Shown here one piece after another: positions 12,310 through 27,825 of a stretch of DNA of 64,000 nt. The stretch's first letter is position 1; the number at the start of each line of letters is the position of its first letter. Source of the DNA: the human T2T-CHM13v2.0 reference genome, Homo sapiens; NCBI RefSeq assembly GCF_009914755.1, contig NC_060936.1, one strand, 5' to 3'. Made by a program: the position numbers and the translations under genes. The notes beneath the pieces were generated by a model, which saw only the letters and a program-made list of their open reading frames with translations, ran no database searches and was not told where the DNA came from.

Positions 12310-12852
12310 GAGAGGAAAGTGCCAGACAACACAGTAGATCTCAGCTGAGGCCCCAGACCATGAATTTTTAGTGGCTTTTTAATAGGCACATACTATTGTG
12401 TACTTTTCTCCAAAAGGACCCAAGATTAGAAGGGAGAGTTGGACTGTTTTATAGTGACATTTCTGCAGGCAGCCTCTGGAAAAAGAACCCAGGAACAATG
12501 AGCATGAGTAAAGATAGGCATTTTGTAGGGTAGGCTAGAAAGGGAAGATAGCAGGAACCCTGAGAAGTTAGGGGACCAGCAATCTCAGTAGGGTATAAAA
12601 TTTGTGAATCATAAATACCAAAGTGAGAGCACTGGTGAAAGAAATGATTGTGATCAGTGAGGTGGCTGCAAGTGTTACAATTTCAGAGGCAGAGCAGTTC
12701 CAGTTAATGAAACATTCTAAGATAATGGTAATGGGAGTGAGAGGCTAAAGTGGCAACAAGTCCAAGCCAACACATTTGAGAAAGTTAGAGATATCTGAGG
12801 TAGAGGCAATAGATGGAATATCCCCATAGACACTGAACTCACCAAGGATGTT

Positions 12853-13224
12853 ATATTAGTCTGTTCTCACACAGCTATAAACAACTACCTGAGACTGGGT
12901 AATTTATGAAAAGAGGTTTAACTGACTCGCAGTTCCACAGGCTGTATAGGAAGCATGACTGCAAGGCCTCAGAAAACGTACAATCACAGCGGAAGGTGAA
13001 GGGGGAAACAAGCACCTTCTTCACATGGTAGCAGAAGAGAGTGCACAAGAGGAGAAGTGCCACACACTTTTAAACCATCAGATCTTGTGAGAACTCACTA
13101 TCATGAGAACAGCATGGGGGAAATCCGCCCCATGATCCAATCACCTTTCACCAGGTCCCTCCCCCAACATTGAGAATTACAATTCAACATGAGATTTGTG
13201 TGGGGACACAGAGCCAAACCATAT
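12853..13224 (-). mobile_element. MSTA-like solo LTR
   Basis: aggctgtataggaagcatg diagnostic; ends gagccaaaccatat. Confidence 0.85.
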
Positions 13225-13614
13225 GGGATATCAAACCAGCCTCCTACACACAGTAGATATTATGGCTGATGGACAGCTCCAGCACCTCTCAAAATTTTGT
13301 TGGTAACTTAATTCTTTCTCCTGTTCCAGTTCAAAAGATTCTGGCAGAGGACTTTGGTGACATGCTTATGCTTAGACCTGGAGAGGCAGAGTGTGATGAC
13401 TAAAAACAAATGACTAAAGTGAGAAAAAAAGCAATGTCCCAAAAGATGAAATGCTGTTCCCAGAAGAATGAAGCGGAAGTTAGTATATTACAAAAGAAGA
13501 CAAACAGATTACACCTACATGTCTACCACATTTGCAAGACTGCAATGTTGTTCACACAGAATCTGTTGTTTAACGCTCCTATCTCCTAGAATCCATATTG
13601 TGCGGTCTTTAAAT

Positions 13615-14520
13615 ATTCCCCAGTAAAAGGAACCAGAACTCTCTGGAGAAACAGCTGAATCCACCTCTGCAGCAGGATGAGCTTGGAAGATCTAGCCATA
13701 TAAGGAAGCAACAAGGCTATCTGGGATCACATCAAAAAGACACAGGAGCCTAATTGAAGGTACTGCCACTAGGAAAAGATGGGGCAGCTTGAATATTGTA
13801 TTAGTTAGTTTTCACACTACTGATAAAGACATACCCAAGATTGGGCAATTTACCAAAGAAAGAAGTTTCATTGGACTTACAGTTCCACATGGCTGGAGAC
13901 ACCTCAGAATCATGGCATAAGGCAAAAAGCACATCTTACATCACAGCAGGAAAGAGAGAGAATGAGAGCCAAGCTAAACATGTTTCCCCTTATCAAATCA
14001 TCAGATCTTGTGAGACTTATTTACTACCACGAGAACAGTATGGGAGAAACCGCCCCCATGATTCAATTATCTCCCTCTGGGTCCCTCCCACAACACATGG
14101 GAATTATGGGAGTACAATTCAAGATGAGATATGGGGGAGGACACAGAGCCAAACCACATCAAGTATGAAAAGGAATAATGACTGTAGTGGACCAAAATTT
14201 CTCAAATAGGTTAAAAATCCATGAGTTTAAAATGATAATTTTTTAAAAAAGTCATTGGCCCCCTTGGAATGCTATGGTACCAATTCACTATTCTGAAAAT
14301 AACAAATACATGGAAATACATATTCATCCTGTATTTTAGCATAAGCAAATAATTTATAGGGGGTAAGTGCTCCTTTACAGAAGAATTTAAGTGTAGGCCA
14401 ATAAATGCAGAAGTAATGATAGAATTGGTGTATCATCATTACCTGAAAGATAGGCATATTGAGAAGGCAACACCTGAATCTACTGATCAATTTAATATGA
14501 CAAAATAGACAACCTGATAT
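13615..14520 (+). mobile_element. Old L1M (L1MC4-like) 3' region, fragmented; further pieces at about 17850-18150 and 19800-19950
   Basis: aaaggaaccagaactctctggagaaacagctga; later gatgatat and ctattctctc...aataaaa L1M terminal motifs. Confidence 0.6.
13797..14161 (-). mobile_element. THE1B-like solo LTR
   Basis: tgtattag...ccacatca termini; TSD aatat/agtat. Confidence 0.9.
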
Positions 14521-14672
14521 TGTGTTATATGTTAGCTTATAAAGGCCCCAGTTAGTGACCTCTCTGCATCCAGTCTCTCACACTCCAACTTTGAACTCAG
14601 TCATGTGACTTCATTTGGCCCACAGACAGTAAGCAAGGGCTTGAAAAAGCACTTGTGAGTTTCTTCTGCCTT

Positions 14673-17318
14673 TGTATTAGTCTGTTCTCATGTTGCTATA
14701 AAGAACTGCCCAAGACTGAGTAATTTATAAAGGAAAAAGGTTTAATTGACTCACAGTTCTGCAGGGCGCGGAGGCCTCAGGAAACTTAGAATTATGGCAG
14801 AAGGGGAAGCAAACACGTCCTTCTTCACATGGCGGCAGGAAGGGGAAGCACCGAGCACAGGGGGAAAAGCCCCTTATAAAACCATCAGATCTCATGAGAA
14901 CTCCCTCACTGTCACAAGAACAGCATGAGGATAACCGCTCCCATGATTCAATTACTTCCCAGTGGGTCCTTCCCACGACATGTGGGGATGATGGGAATTA
15001 CAATTAAAAATGAGATTTGGGTGCGGACACAGACAAACCATATCATTCCACCCCTATCCCCTCCCAAATTTCATGTTCTCACATTTCAAAACTAATTATA
15101 CCTTCCCAACAGTTCCCCAAAGTCTTAACTCATTCCAGCATTAATACAGAAGTTCAAGTGCAAAGTCTTATCTGAGACAAGGCAAATCCCTTCTGTCTAT
15201 AAGCCTGTAAAATTGAAAAGCAAGTTAGTTACTTCCTAGATACAATGGGAGTACAGGCATTGGGTAAATACACCCATTCCAAATGGGAGAAATTGGCCAA
15301 AACAATGGGGCTACAGGCCTCATGCAAGTCCCAAATCCAATAGGGCAGTCATTAACCTTAAAGTTTCAAAATGATCTCCTCTGACTCCATGTCTCACATC
15401 TAGGTCACACTGATGTGAGAGAAGGGCCCCCATAGCCTTGGGCAACTCTGCCTCTGTGGCTTGGCAGGATACAGCCTCCTCTCAGCTGCTTTCATGGCTG
15501 GCATTGAGTGTCTGTGGCTTTTCCAGGCACACGATGCAAGCTGTCAATGGATTTACCATTCTGGGATCTGGAGGATGGTGGCCCTCTTCTCATAGCTCCA
15601 CAAGGCAGTGCCCCAGTAGAGACTCTGTGGGGTGGCTCCCGACCCCACATTTCCCGTCTGCACCACCCTAGCAGAGGCTGTCCATGAGGGTTCCAGTCCT
15701 GCAACAAACTTCTGCGTAGACATCTAGGCATTTCCATACATCCTCTGAAATCTAGGCAGAGGTTCCCAAACCTCAATTCTTGAACTTCTGTGCACCCACA
15801 TGCCCAACACCAAGTGAAAGCCGCCAAGGCTTAGGGCTTGCACCCTCTGAAGCAACATTCTCTGAGCTGTATGTTGGCACCTTTTAGCCACGACTAGAGC
15901 TGAAGCAGCTGGGATACAGGGCATCATGTCCTGAGGCTGCACAGAGCAGGAGGTCCCTGGTCCTGGTCCACAAAACCATTTTTCCTTTCTAGGCCTCTGG
16001 ACCTATGATGGGAGGGGCTGCTGTGAAGGTTTCTGATATGCCCTGGAGACATTTTCCCCATTGTTTTGGTGATTAACATTCAGCTCCTCATTACTTATAC
16101 AAATTTCTGCAGCTGGCTTGAATTTCTCCCCAGAAAATGAGGTTTTCTTTTCTAGTGCATCATCAGGCTGCAAATTTTTCAAACTTTTATGCTCTGCTTT
16201 CTCTTGAAGGTTTTGCCACTTAAAAGTTTCTTTCACCAGATACCCTAAATTGTCTCTCTCAAGTTCAAAGTTCTTCAGATATCTAGGGCAGGGGCAAAAT
16301 GCCACTAGTCTCTTTGCTAAAGCATAGCAAGAGTCACCTTTATTCCATGATATGGTTTGGTTCTGTGTCCCCACCCCAATCTCATCTTGAACTATACTCC
16401 AATAATTCTCATGTGTTGTAGCGACTCGGTGGGACATAATTTGAATCATGGGGGCGGTTTCTCCCATACTGTTCTCGTGGCAGTGAATAAGTCTCATGAG
16501 ATCTGATGGTTTTATCAGGGATTTCCACTTTTGCATCTCTCTCATTTTCTCTTGCCTCCACCATGTAAGAAGTGCCTTTTGCCTCCTGCCATGATTCTGA
16601 GGCCTCCCCAGCCATGTGGAACTGTAAGTCCAATTAAACCTCTTTTTCTTCCTGGTACCGGGTATGTCTTTATAAGCAGCTTGAAAACGGAATAATACAC
16701 TCCAATTCCCAAGAAGTTCCTCATCTCCATGTGAGACCACCTCAGCCTGGACTTCATTGTCCATATCACTGTCAGCATTTGGTCAAAGCCATTCAACAAG
16801 TCTCTAGTAAGTTCCAGACTTTCCCACATTTTCCTCTCTTCTTCTGAGCCCTTCAAACTGTTCCAACTTTTGCCTGTTACCAAGTTTTACATTTGCTTCC
16901 ACATTTTGGGGTATCTTCACAGCAGTGCCCCACTACTCAGTACCAATTTATGGTATTAGTCCATTCTCACACTGCTATAAAGAACTGCCCAAGATTGGGT
17001 AATTTATAAAGGAAAGAAGTTTAATTGACACAGTTCTGCAGGACTGGGGAGGCCTCAGGAAATTTAAAATCATGGTGGAAGGGGAAGCAAACACGTACTT
17101 CTTCACATGGTGGCAGTAAGGAGAAGTGCCAAGCAAAGGGGAAAAGCCCTTTATAAAACCATTAGATCTTTTGGGAACTCACTATCATGAGAACAGCATG
17201 AGGGTAACTGCCCCCATGATTCAACTACCTCCCACCAGGTCCCTCCCATGACACATGTAGATTATGGGAACTACAGTTCAAGATGAAATTTGAGTGGGGA
17301 CACAGCTAAACAATATCA
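14673..17318 (-). mobile_element. THE1C/D provirus: LTR 14673-15045, internal region, LTR 16952-17318; inserted in an MLT1 LTR
   Basis: Two similar LTRs, THE1-int ORF peptides (MDNEVQAEVVS..; KGDSCYALAKRL), perfect 5-bp TSD GCCTT (14668-72, 17319-23). Confidence 0.93.
16348..16699 (+). mobile_element. THE1A-like solo LTR nested antisense in THE1-int
   Basis: tgatatggtttgg...taataca termini; TSD ttcca/ctcca. Confidence 0.92.
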
Positions 17319-17494
17319 GCCTTCCTTGAACACCCTGCAATCTCTACAGGAATAAACCTGGGGTCACCCCCCGGAAAGAGGAGAGACCACATGGAATTGA
17401 GCTGAATTGATCCAACTGAGACCATTCTAGACTAGCCAGATGCCAACCTCTGAAATATATTTTGCCAAAAAACATTGAAATAAATCTTTAATCT

Positions 17495-18001
<507 letters not shown>

Positions 18002-18159
18002 TTACAGATTAAAAAGAGATCTAAATCAATTAAATGCAACAGGTAGACTTAGCTTGGCTCATGATTAGAATAAAATAATGACAAAAAAGGCATGAGATAA
18101 TTGGGGAAATGTGAACATCGATTAAGTATTTGATGATATGGAGAAGTTGTTGCATATTT

Positions 18160-18292
18160 TATTTTATTTATATAGAGAGATTGGGTCTCACTATATTCGC
18201 CAGACTGATCTCAAACTCCTGGCCACAAGTGACCCTCCTTCCTTGGTCTCCCAAAGTGCTGGGATTACAGGCATGAGCCACTGCACCCGGCC
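18160..18292 (-). mobile_element. FLAM monomer
   Basis: Reverse left monomer; TSD gttgcatatttt/gtggcatatttt. Confidence 0.8.
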
Positions 18293-18304
18293 GTGGCATA
18301 TTTT

Positions 18305-18399
18305 GTGCAATGGTGAACATCTATAGTCCCAGCTACTACAGAGGCTGAGGTGGGAGGATCTCTTCACCGCAGGAGTTTAAGGCTGCAGTGCGCTATGAT

Positions 18400-18400
<1 letters not shown>
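18305..18400 (+). mobile_element. 5' half of a FAM/7SL-derived monomer
   Basis: tagtcccagctact...ggaggatc...ggctgcagtgcgctatgat (FAM signature GTGCGCTATGAT). Confidence 0.75.
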
Positions 18401-19806
<1,406 letters not shown>

Positions 19807-21923
19807 TAATCTACAGGGTTTGGTAAGTGATAAATGAAACAGAACAAGAGCAATAAGGAATGTATGATTGCTGAAGCTGGATAATGGTATGTTGACTCAT
19901 TAAACTATTCTCTCGCATTCATATATATTTGTCTAATTTCCAAAATAAAAATAGGCAAAACAAAGTCCTTCATCACCTACAAATTATTTCCCGAAAGTAA
20001 CTTCCACTAACAGTTTTTTATATTGTTTTCCAGACATCTTCCATGTATATGGAGGCAAGTTCATGTCTATCTATATATGTATATGCAAGTGCATATAATT
20101 TTTAAAGCAATGGAAATCATACTGTATAAGACAAAATGAAATGAAATAAATTAAATCCCCCAGGTATTTGTCTACATAATGGCAAACATCTGAATATTTA
20201 CATAAATATATGTATGTGTAATGGTTTTGGAGCGGGGGAGATTCAACATCTATAAATCTAGCCTGTCAGATTTGACTGTTTTTTAATGTGATATTAAAAG
20301 TATAATAGTTATTTTTACGTTAATAAAAATCCTTCTCATAAATCCATACACTTTTTTGAATTAAATAATACATATTTTGGAGTCATGAATAGACAGGTCT
20401 TGCATACACTTTCCCTCTTCACCAAATGATTGTTTAATAGAGATTGTGTATAAGAGTCTTATGAAACATTTGCTTAAGGAAGCAAAATTTAAATTTACTA
20501 AAAGATCCTCAAAGTCCATATTTTTGACATATTCTGTAAACCCCTATAATCTAATATGTAGCTTTATACCTAGAAATCATTTGATAAATATGTCATTGCA
20601 TATGATGTGCTGTTGATGTTGAAGTTGATGATGATAGAATGTAGGCCTAAGTAATTTCTGTAATAACCAGAATAATTTCTGTAATAATTCTGCAAAAATC
20701 AACTTGATAGCAAATTGTCCAATTGGAAGTAATGTTCAAAATAAGACATTCTAAGCAAACTTCTTTTCTCATCAAGACCAAGCAAGAGCATTTATCTCTT
20801 AAAATATCCCAGGCCAAAACTGTCAGATGTCTGTGCTGCCTTGAGCAGTATCAACCCTCTACTCTAGGAAAGTCTTGCAGCTTACAATTCAGTGCTCTTT
20901 TCTACCAAAAGCACAAGTCATTCTCCCAGATTTTTATAGTTAAATATCAACTTTGCTACCAGTATATTTCACATATAAAGCAAACTGATCATTTTTTTAG
21001 CCTACATAGGAGAGTATCTGCTTGAGAATTCAGTCTTGAACTGATGTCTCTCTGAATTCTGTCAAAAATATAGGTGAGAAAAAAGTATATTTGATAGTAT
21101 GTATAAGAGATGTAAAAATCCGTTTTTCTGTATTTTCTATGTTCTATTTCAGTTATCTTTTAGTATTACTGTAGTTCTTTGGAATGGTATGTATCTGTAA
21201 TGTGGTTAGTATTTTACTTTAAATACTTTAGCCTAAGAAATGGATCTATAAAGACGCATAATTTAGTTTTAGGTTATACATACCTCAGGGCTGGTTGGTT
21301 GGTATTTAACCAAAAGCCAATAATCCAGAAGAGGCTACCAAAAGCACTTTGGTTATCTTTAACTTCAATTAACACCAGAGGGTTTTTTAGTTACCACTAC
21401 TGACATGATAAATTATTTTTTCCCACTGGATAAATAAGTGGTGTTAGAGATGTGGAGAAAAACATTTTTATTTTTACATGAAAGCTTATACCTTCCCAAA
21501 TGGAAAAGAAGGCTTAATTCTGAATCAGTCCTGTGTTCAATCACTGACTTAAATAATTTTTGTCTAAACCGACTATAATGTTAGCATCTCATATTGGAAC
21601 ATTGTCACATTTCCTCAAGTGAACCTCTTAGACAGGGTAGAAACTTGGAAGGACCAAGAGCTGGAACATCACAGGGTTTATAAAACATTTTATGACTGTT
21701 TCTTTGCCTGCTAGCACATAAAATGTTTAAATATATCATAAAATTCAGTTTGACCCTTGTTTTCATGCCTGGTAGTAGAGTTATGGGTATAGCTCGATAT
21801 CCCCTAATGAGCTTAATTAGGTATTAGAGGCTACTCATGTTTAAGAAAAAGAGCATAATAATTGAGGATGCCTAAATAGGCTCAGGCCATTTTGCTGAAG
21901 TTCCTTGAAGAACCACTTTGGAA

Positions 21924-22214
21924 GGCTGGGAGCTGTGGTTCACGCCTCTAATCCCAGCACTTTGGGAGGCTGAGGTGGGCAGATCACCTGAGGTCGGGAT
22001 TTCGAGACCAGCCTGACCAACATGGAGAAACCCCGCCTCTACTAAAAAAAAAAATACAAAAATTAGCCAAGCATGGTGGCGCATGCCTGTAATCCCAGCT
22101 ACTCGGGAGGCTGAGGCAGGAGAATTGCTTGAACCCGGGAGGCGGAGGTTGCGCCATTGCACTCCAGCCTGGGCAACAAGAGTAAAACTCCATCTAAAAA
22201 AAAAAAACAAAAAA
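21924..22214 (+). mobile_element. AluSp-like, about 16-bp deletion in the right arm
   Basis: ctgaccaacatggagaaa and gcaacaagag diagnostics; TSD aaccactttgg. Confidence 0.9.
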
Positions 22215-22384
22215 AACCACTTTGGCCTGTGCTGAAATCTGGCCGCCAAAAAAGAACAACCTCAAAAAGTCAAACGACTTAAGGGTCAGATGGGTAAAAT
22301 CTGTGCGTAGGGTGTAAAATAATAGAGAATGTGAGTTAGCCATTAAAGAGGAGACGATAAGGAGATGAGAGAGCCTGCCAAACA

Positions 22385-22700
22385 GAGCATTTGCCTAAGT
22401 GTATGTCGTCACTAGGGTGGAGAAGTAGGCTGGAACCAGATCATGCTGGGTCTTGTATGCAGCACTCAGGATTTTGGATTTTGTCTTCACAGCAATGAGA
22501 TATGATCATATTTGCATTTTAAAAGGACCACTCTTGTGGTGGTGTGGAGACTATGCTAGGATCTGAAGACACTGATTGGACACTGCTAAAGTAATCCAGA
22601 TGAGAGCTGCTGTTATTTTGGATTGGATTTGTTACACTGATGATAGGAGCAGGAGAATTTGAGTGTTATGTGGGAGGTGGAGTCTATTCTACTGTGAATT
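22385..22700 (-). mobile_element. L2 fragment
   Basis: ggattttggattttgtc...atttgcattttaaaaggaccactc...gtaatccagatgagag. Confidence 0.6.
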
Positions 22701-25149
22701 TAGAGTCTGAGGAAATCTTGTCTTTCCTGAGGAACTAGCATGCTTAATTTTATCAGGCCATGATGAGAATGACATAGCCCATCGTGTTTTGGCTGCCAAG
22801 AAGTTGAGCTAATTTGAGAGCTCAATCCTAACAATTCTTAGTTTGTATTTCTCTCATTTTCACCCTCTGTCTGTTTGACTTTAGATCTTTTATGTTATTT
22901 TGATGGTTCTGTAATCTGTTTAGTAACGTGTATCCACTTAGTGTGCCTCCTCAAATTTTATAAGTGACAAATCAATACAATGTATACCCCATAAATATAT
23001 ATATCATTAGTATGTATCAACAAAAAATTATATTAAAAATTTAAATAACAACAGGCAGGTTTTTTTTTTTTAAACAGTCCGTACTTAGAATAGTTCCACT
23101 AAGAATTGGACTTCTGCAATGGAGTCTAAAGAAACTCTTCCCTGTTCCTCCATAGTCAGCTAAATTCTTCCCTTTGGCAGGAGACATCTTTGTGCTTGGT
23201 GGAGAGCAACAGCCCCTGTAGTATGAACTCGGGCTGGTGAACTCCAGGAGTGAATAGCTGACCTCCCACTGCTGCAATCAGCTGTAATCTGAGATCCTGC
23301 TCCAACATTCGGACACCTTTAGAAAGGAGACTGAGGAGCTAGGTTCTTTTCTCAACTGAAAGAAAGAGATTCTAGAGAATCACTGCAGCCTTTTTACTAA
23401 CCTGCTGGAAATCTGGCTGGTGCATGATTACTCAGGGAGAAATAAATATTTCCCAATAACTGCTAACTCTGTGGATTCCCTCCACAGCCTAACACCCACT
23501 CACAATTCAGAGCCTTGGGCAGATTATACCTTAATCCTTGACTTATTTTCTCTTCAAAGAGAAAAAACATTTTATTTTTAAAAGAAAGTACAATAACATG
23601 TTAAGAAATTTATTCAACCACTTCAATAATCATTGCTCAATTAAATTCTGTACTTTCTTAAATATTCTCCTATTCCCTCCACCCCCACCCCATCCCCCAA
23701 ATACTCTTGGGTCTTCAAAATAAATTCTAAAAATCTGGCTCACCTCTGAAAGACATGTATAAATATGTTTTCCATTTCGATCTGGCAGGACTCATGCTCT
23801 TATTGTCCTACTTTTCTTGCACATGCCTTTTCTGGCTGGCCCTGTTTGGCTTTTTGTGCATTATTTTGCCTTACCCTGGGCATTGTTCATCTCCGTGCCC
23901 TGCATTCTACCTTCAAGCTCTATTTTACTGACTTTCTTCTGTTACTGGGAAACTTCCCAGTTTCCTTCCAGGCCATTCAGTTTCCTTGGCATTACTTGCT
24001 CATTGATCATTTCTAACCACTTTTCCACTTCTGCTGCTTGGCCCAAAGTGAAATGTGAGACTACTGAAAGATTTTGAGGAAATTACTCTGATGCTGCTGA
24101 GCAGGAGTCTTTTCAGCTGTTTTTATCTTCATTTCCTCAAAGTCACAGGTATCTCTCATTCATATTGAGATCCTACTGCATTTTGTAATTTGACCTGAAT
24201 TACTGCTTTGGACAAAAGCAAGGACGCATATTGCATCATGAATTTTGTCATATTCTCCAATATTTACACCAAAATAGTCCCTTCAGATGAACTTTAAATG
24301 TTTTACATTTACTGCCAAAATTATAAAGCAAACCCAGAAAAGTTAATCCTTTGGGAACCTCTGCTCTAAGGCTATGAATCCTGGCTTTCTGAACCAGGTT
24401 TGGATGTGTTAATCTCTTTGCTTTAGAGTGTCATTTATCTGGTAAGAATGCGTCGTGTAAAATACAATAGTCATTTTAAGCACATAAACAAAAATTAATT
24501 TCTAGTTTTTTTCTAGTTTCCTAATCCTCTATTGAGTTTTGCAGTTTTGATTTATTTGGAAATTCCATTTGTTTGGAAACTAGAGTGATATGACAAAGCC
24601 TTGGAAGTGAGCATTACTTGACAATCAGCCTTTTAAATTGTATGACATGATTCTCAAATGATATTCCTTATGTTATTCAATTACCCTCTGCTTTTTTCAA
24701 GTTTATACATATATTTCACTCTGTCTTTCTTCATTCCATCTGCTAACACCTCCAGTCTAACACTTTGGCTAGAACTATGCTTTCTTCCTTAACCTAACCA
24801 TGTTGACAACAATTAACTTGTTAAAGAGCACATCTCTCAAACAAATGGCACACCAACATCTTTCGTTTGTTCTTAAATTACAATTTGTATCTAACAGATT
24901 ATATCTTTTAATTAAATAGATTATCTCCATGTATCAGCTTTCTATTAGAGTTTAATGTCTATTTATTACTCCCCTATTTGAGGTTCTTGTTATATTTGAA
25001 AATAGTAAGTTTTGATTTCTTTAAAATATTCTACAACTTTGTTCCCTTATGAATTTAAAATGGACTTTTTCTAGTCAATGCCCCATCATTGTAAGTTTTT
25101 TCTATGCTTGTTCCAAATATATATAATGTTCAAAGACAAGGAGAGACTA

Positions 25150-25440
25150 CATTATGCTCTGGTAACACATGACTCCAAAATTGTAATGGCTTAAAGCAAT
25201 AAAAGTTTATGTTCATCTTGGGTCAGCTATACCTCTCCTCCTCATAGGATTCATTCCTGAGCCAAAGCTGAGGAAGAAACCTCTATCTGAAACATTTCTG
25301 GCCTTTCAGTAGAGGGAAATGAAAGAAAGTGTAGCTCAACACACACTCACTCTTAAAGTTTCTGCCCAGAAGTGGCACCCATGACTTCTGCTCACATTTC
25401 ATTGGTCATGCCTGAGTTCAATAAGCTGGGGTCAGGGGAA
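25150..25440 (-). mobile_element. MLT1J/K-like LTR
   Basis: ctgcccagaagtggcacccatgacttctgctcacatttcattgg. Confidence 0.6.
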
Positions 25441-25468
25441 GGTGAAAAGCAGACTATAGTATCCCAAT

Positions 25469-26084
25469 GAAAGAAAATATTGAATCAATTAGAAACAGAA
25501 CATAAATACATTACTACTAGGTTGTAAAATCAAAGGAAAATAGAATGATATAAAGCAATAATTCAGTTTTATCATGTAAAGACTTATATTTGGTTTAAGT
25601 GAGTAGTAACAGGCCTCATAATGCAATTAAATTATTTATTTAAATATACCTTTGTAGGTATGTTTTTCTTTTATTTCTGTTACTTATCTGGATTTTTCTT
25701 ACTTTGCCTAATGCAACTGTTAGGCAGTGTGAGTCACTGTTGAAAGACAGCATATTCCTTGGTGATATCTTTATATAATATGTATAATTAGCATTACATT
25801 TTTATAAATTTTAGACTGTAGTTTATAAATTGTCATATATAAGCCACAGTATTTCTTTAGTCATTAAAATAACACAACTATTTATTCTCTAAACACATAT
25901 TTTAATGAAATACTCTAATTAAAAACAGAGGAACTAACTTTTTCTCTCATTGCCCTTTTTTTTTTTGAGAAGGAGTCTTACTCTGTCACCCAGGCTGGAG
26001 TGCAGTGATATTTGCTTCTATTAAATGTAGTAACAAATAGGCAAAAAATAAATACATACACAAATAAATACATCCAAAAAAGGT
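25469..26084 (+). other. Orphan polyadenylated retro-insertion of unknown source
   Basis: Exact 18-bp direct repeat AGACTATAGTATCCCAAT (25451-68, 26085-102), ATTAAA at 26020-25, decayed A tail 26043-26081. Confidence 0.75.
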
Positions 26085-26739
26085 AGACTATAGTATCCCA
26101 ATTAAATTACTTTTTAAAAGTACATTAATGCCTGCTGAGCTATAGCTTCTGCTTATCAGGCATTTACCAGGCTTATTTATTCAATAATATTTATTAACTG
26201 CCCAGCCTGTATTTATAGTGAGCAAGGCATTGAGGATATTATAGTGCATAAGACAATGTACCCTGTCTCTCCCTGTCCTCAAGGAGTTTAAATTCTAGTT
26301 AAGGAAATATAAAATATGCTATTAAATAAATATTTACAATAATTATAGATTGTGATAAGTGATAAAAAGAAAAAAATGGATGTTGTGTTTCAGGAACTAA
26401 TTGAGATGGACTGAGTATAGTCCAAAATATATTTCGGAAATAAAATATATGTCTTATTGATGGAGTGCATATACAAGATGAGGAATCGGGAGAAACTGAG
26501 GATCACTCAACGTCTAGTAGACCAGCTGGGTAGATGATAGTATCCTTCTGAGATGGGAAAGAAAAGAAGAAAATAGGATTTGGAGGTAAAAGGAAGCAGA
26601 GGACTCCTATTTTTTACATGTTAAGCTTGAGAAGCTTATTGGATATAGAAGTACAAACATGAAATAGAGAGTAATTGTAATATATAATTAGATACATTAT
26701 ATATTTCGTACGATGTAACTTTCATAATGTTATCTGATA

Positions 26740-26791
<52 letters not shown>

Positions 26792-26956
26792 TAGATTCAA
26801 ACCATTCCCATATTTTTGAATACCATTTATATGTATACACACACATGTGCACACACACAATTGAAGCCACTAAGGGCCCAGAACAGAGCTCTAAGAAAGT
26901 AGGATGTTTAGAGTTCCAACAGAGGAGTTGGAGCCAGCAAAGGTAGAGAAGGAATG

Positions 26957-27272
26957 GAAAACTTTTCTGTAGAGTCAAATATTCTGGGCTTGGCAAGCCA
27001 CAGGGACTCTTTCTCACAACTACCCACCTCTGCAGTTATGGTACAAAAGCAGCCATAGACAATACATAAATGAATAAATGTGACTGTGTTCCAGTGAAGC
27101 TTTATTTATGGATACAATTTGAATTTTATGTAATTCCTATGCTTTAGGAAATCTTATTCTTTTTATTAATTTTCAATCATTTAAAAATGTAAAAACCATT
27201 CTTAGCTCACAGGCACTACAAAAGCAAGTCGTGGGCCACATTTGCCCATGGGCTGTGGTTTGCTGATCTCTG
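26957..27272. mobile_element. MER58B-like hAT MITE
   Basis: aaagcagccatagacaatacataaatgaat...gtggtttgctgatctctg. Confidence 0.8.
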
Positions 27273-27275
27273 AGG

Positions 27276-27825
27276 TATTAGTTATCCATAACTGTGTAAC
27301 AAATTAACCTAAGATTTAGCAGCTTAAAACAACTCTTTATTTTCTCATGGTTTCTGTGGACCCTGCATCCAGGCTCGGTTTAACTGGGTTCTCTGGCCCA
27401 AGCTCCCTTGCAGGCTCCCGTGGAGGTGTTGGCTGGGGCTACAATCATCTCAAGGCTCAACTGGGGAGGACCTGCTCCCAAGCCCACCAGCTGGTGCTTG
27501 GTAGGATCTACTTCCTGGCTGGCTGTTGACTGGAGACCTCCTTCCATTTTTGGCCATGTGGTCTCTTCCAGAGGGAAGCACACAACATGGCACCTGGTTT
27601 CTATAAAAGTAAAAAAAAAAAAAGAGATCAAGAAAGAGTGAGCAAGATGGAAGCCAGACTCTTTGTAATCTAATCCCAGAAGTATCATTCCATCACTTTT
27701 GCCATATCTTGTTCATTTGGAAGGAAGTCCCTGGATCCAGCCCACACACAAGGTGAGGGGATTACACAAGGGCACTTGGAAGGTGAGGACCATTGGGAGC
27801 CATCTTAGAAGCTAACTTCCATACA
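27276..27825 (-). mobile_element. MLT1F-like LTR
   Basis: tgtgtaacaaattaacctaag...gggattacacaagggc...ttgggagccatcttagaa. Confidence 0.75.

Noticed and set aside
23060-23500. Possible exon after a T-rich acceptor (tttttaaacag)
   Set aside because: No supporting ORF or convincing exon chain; cannot be supported without RNA data.
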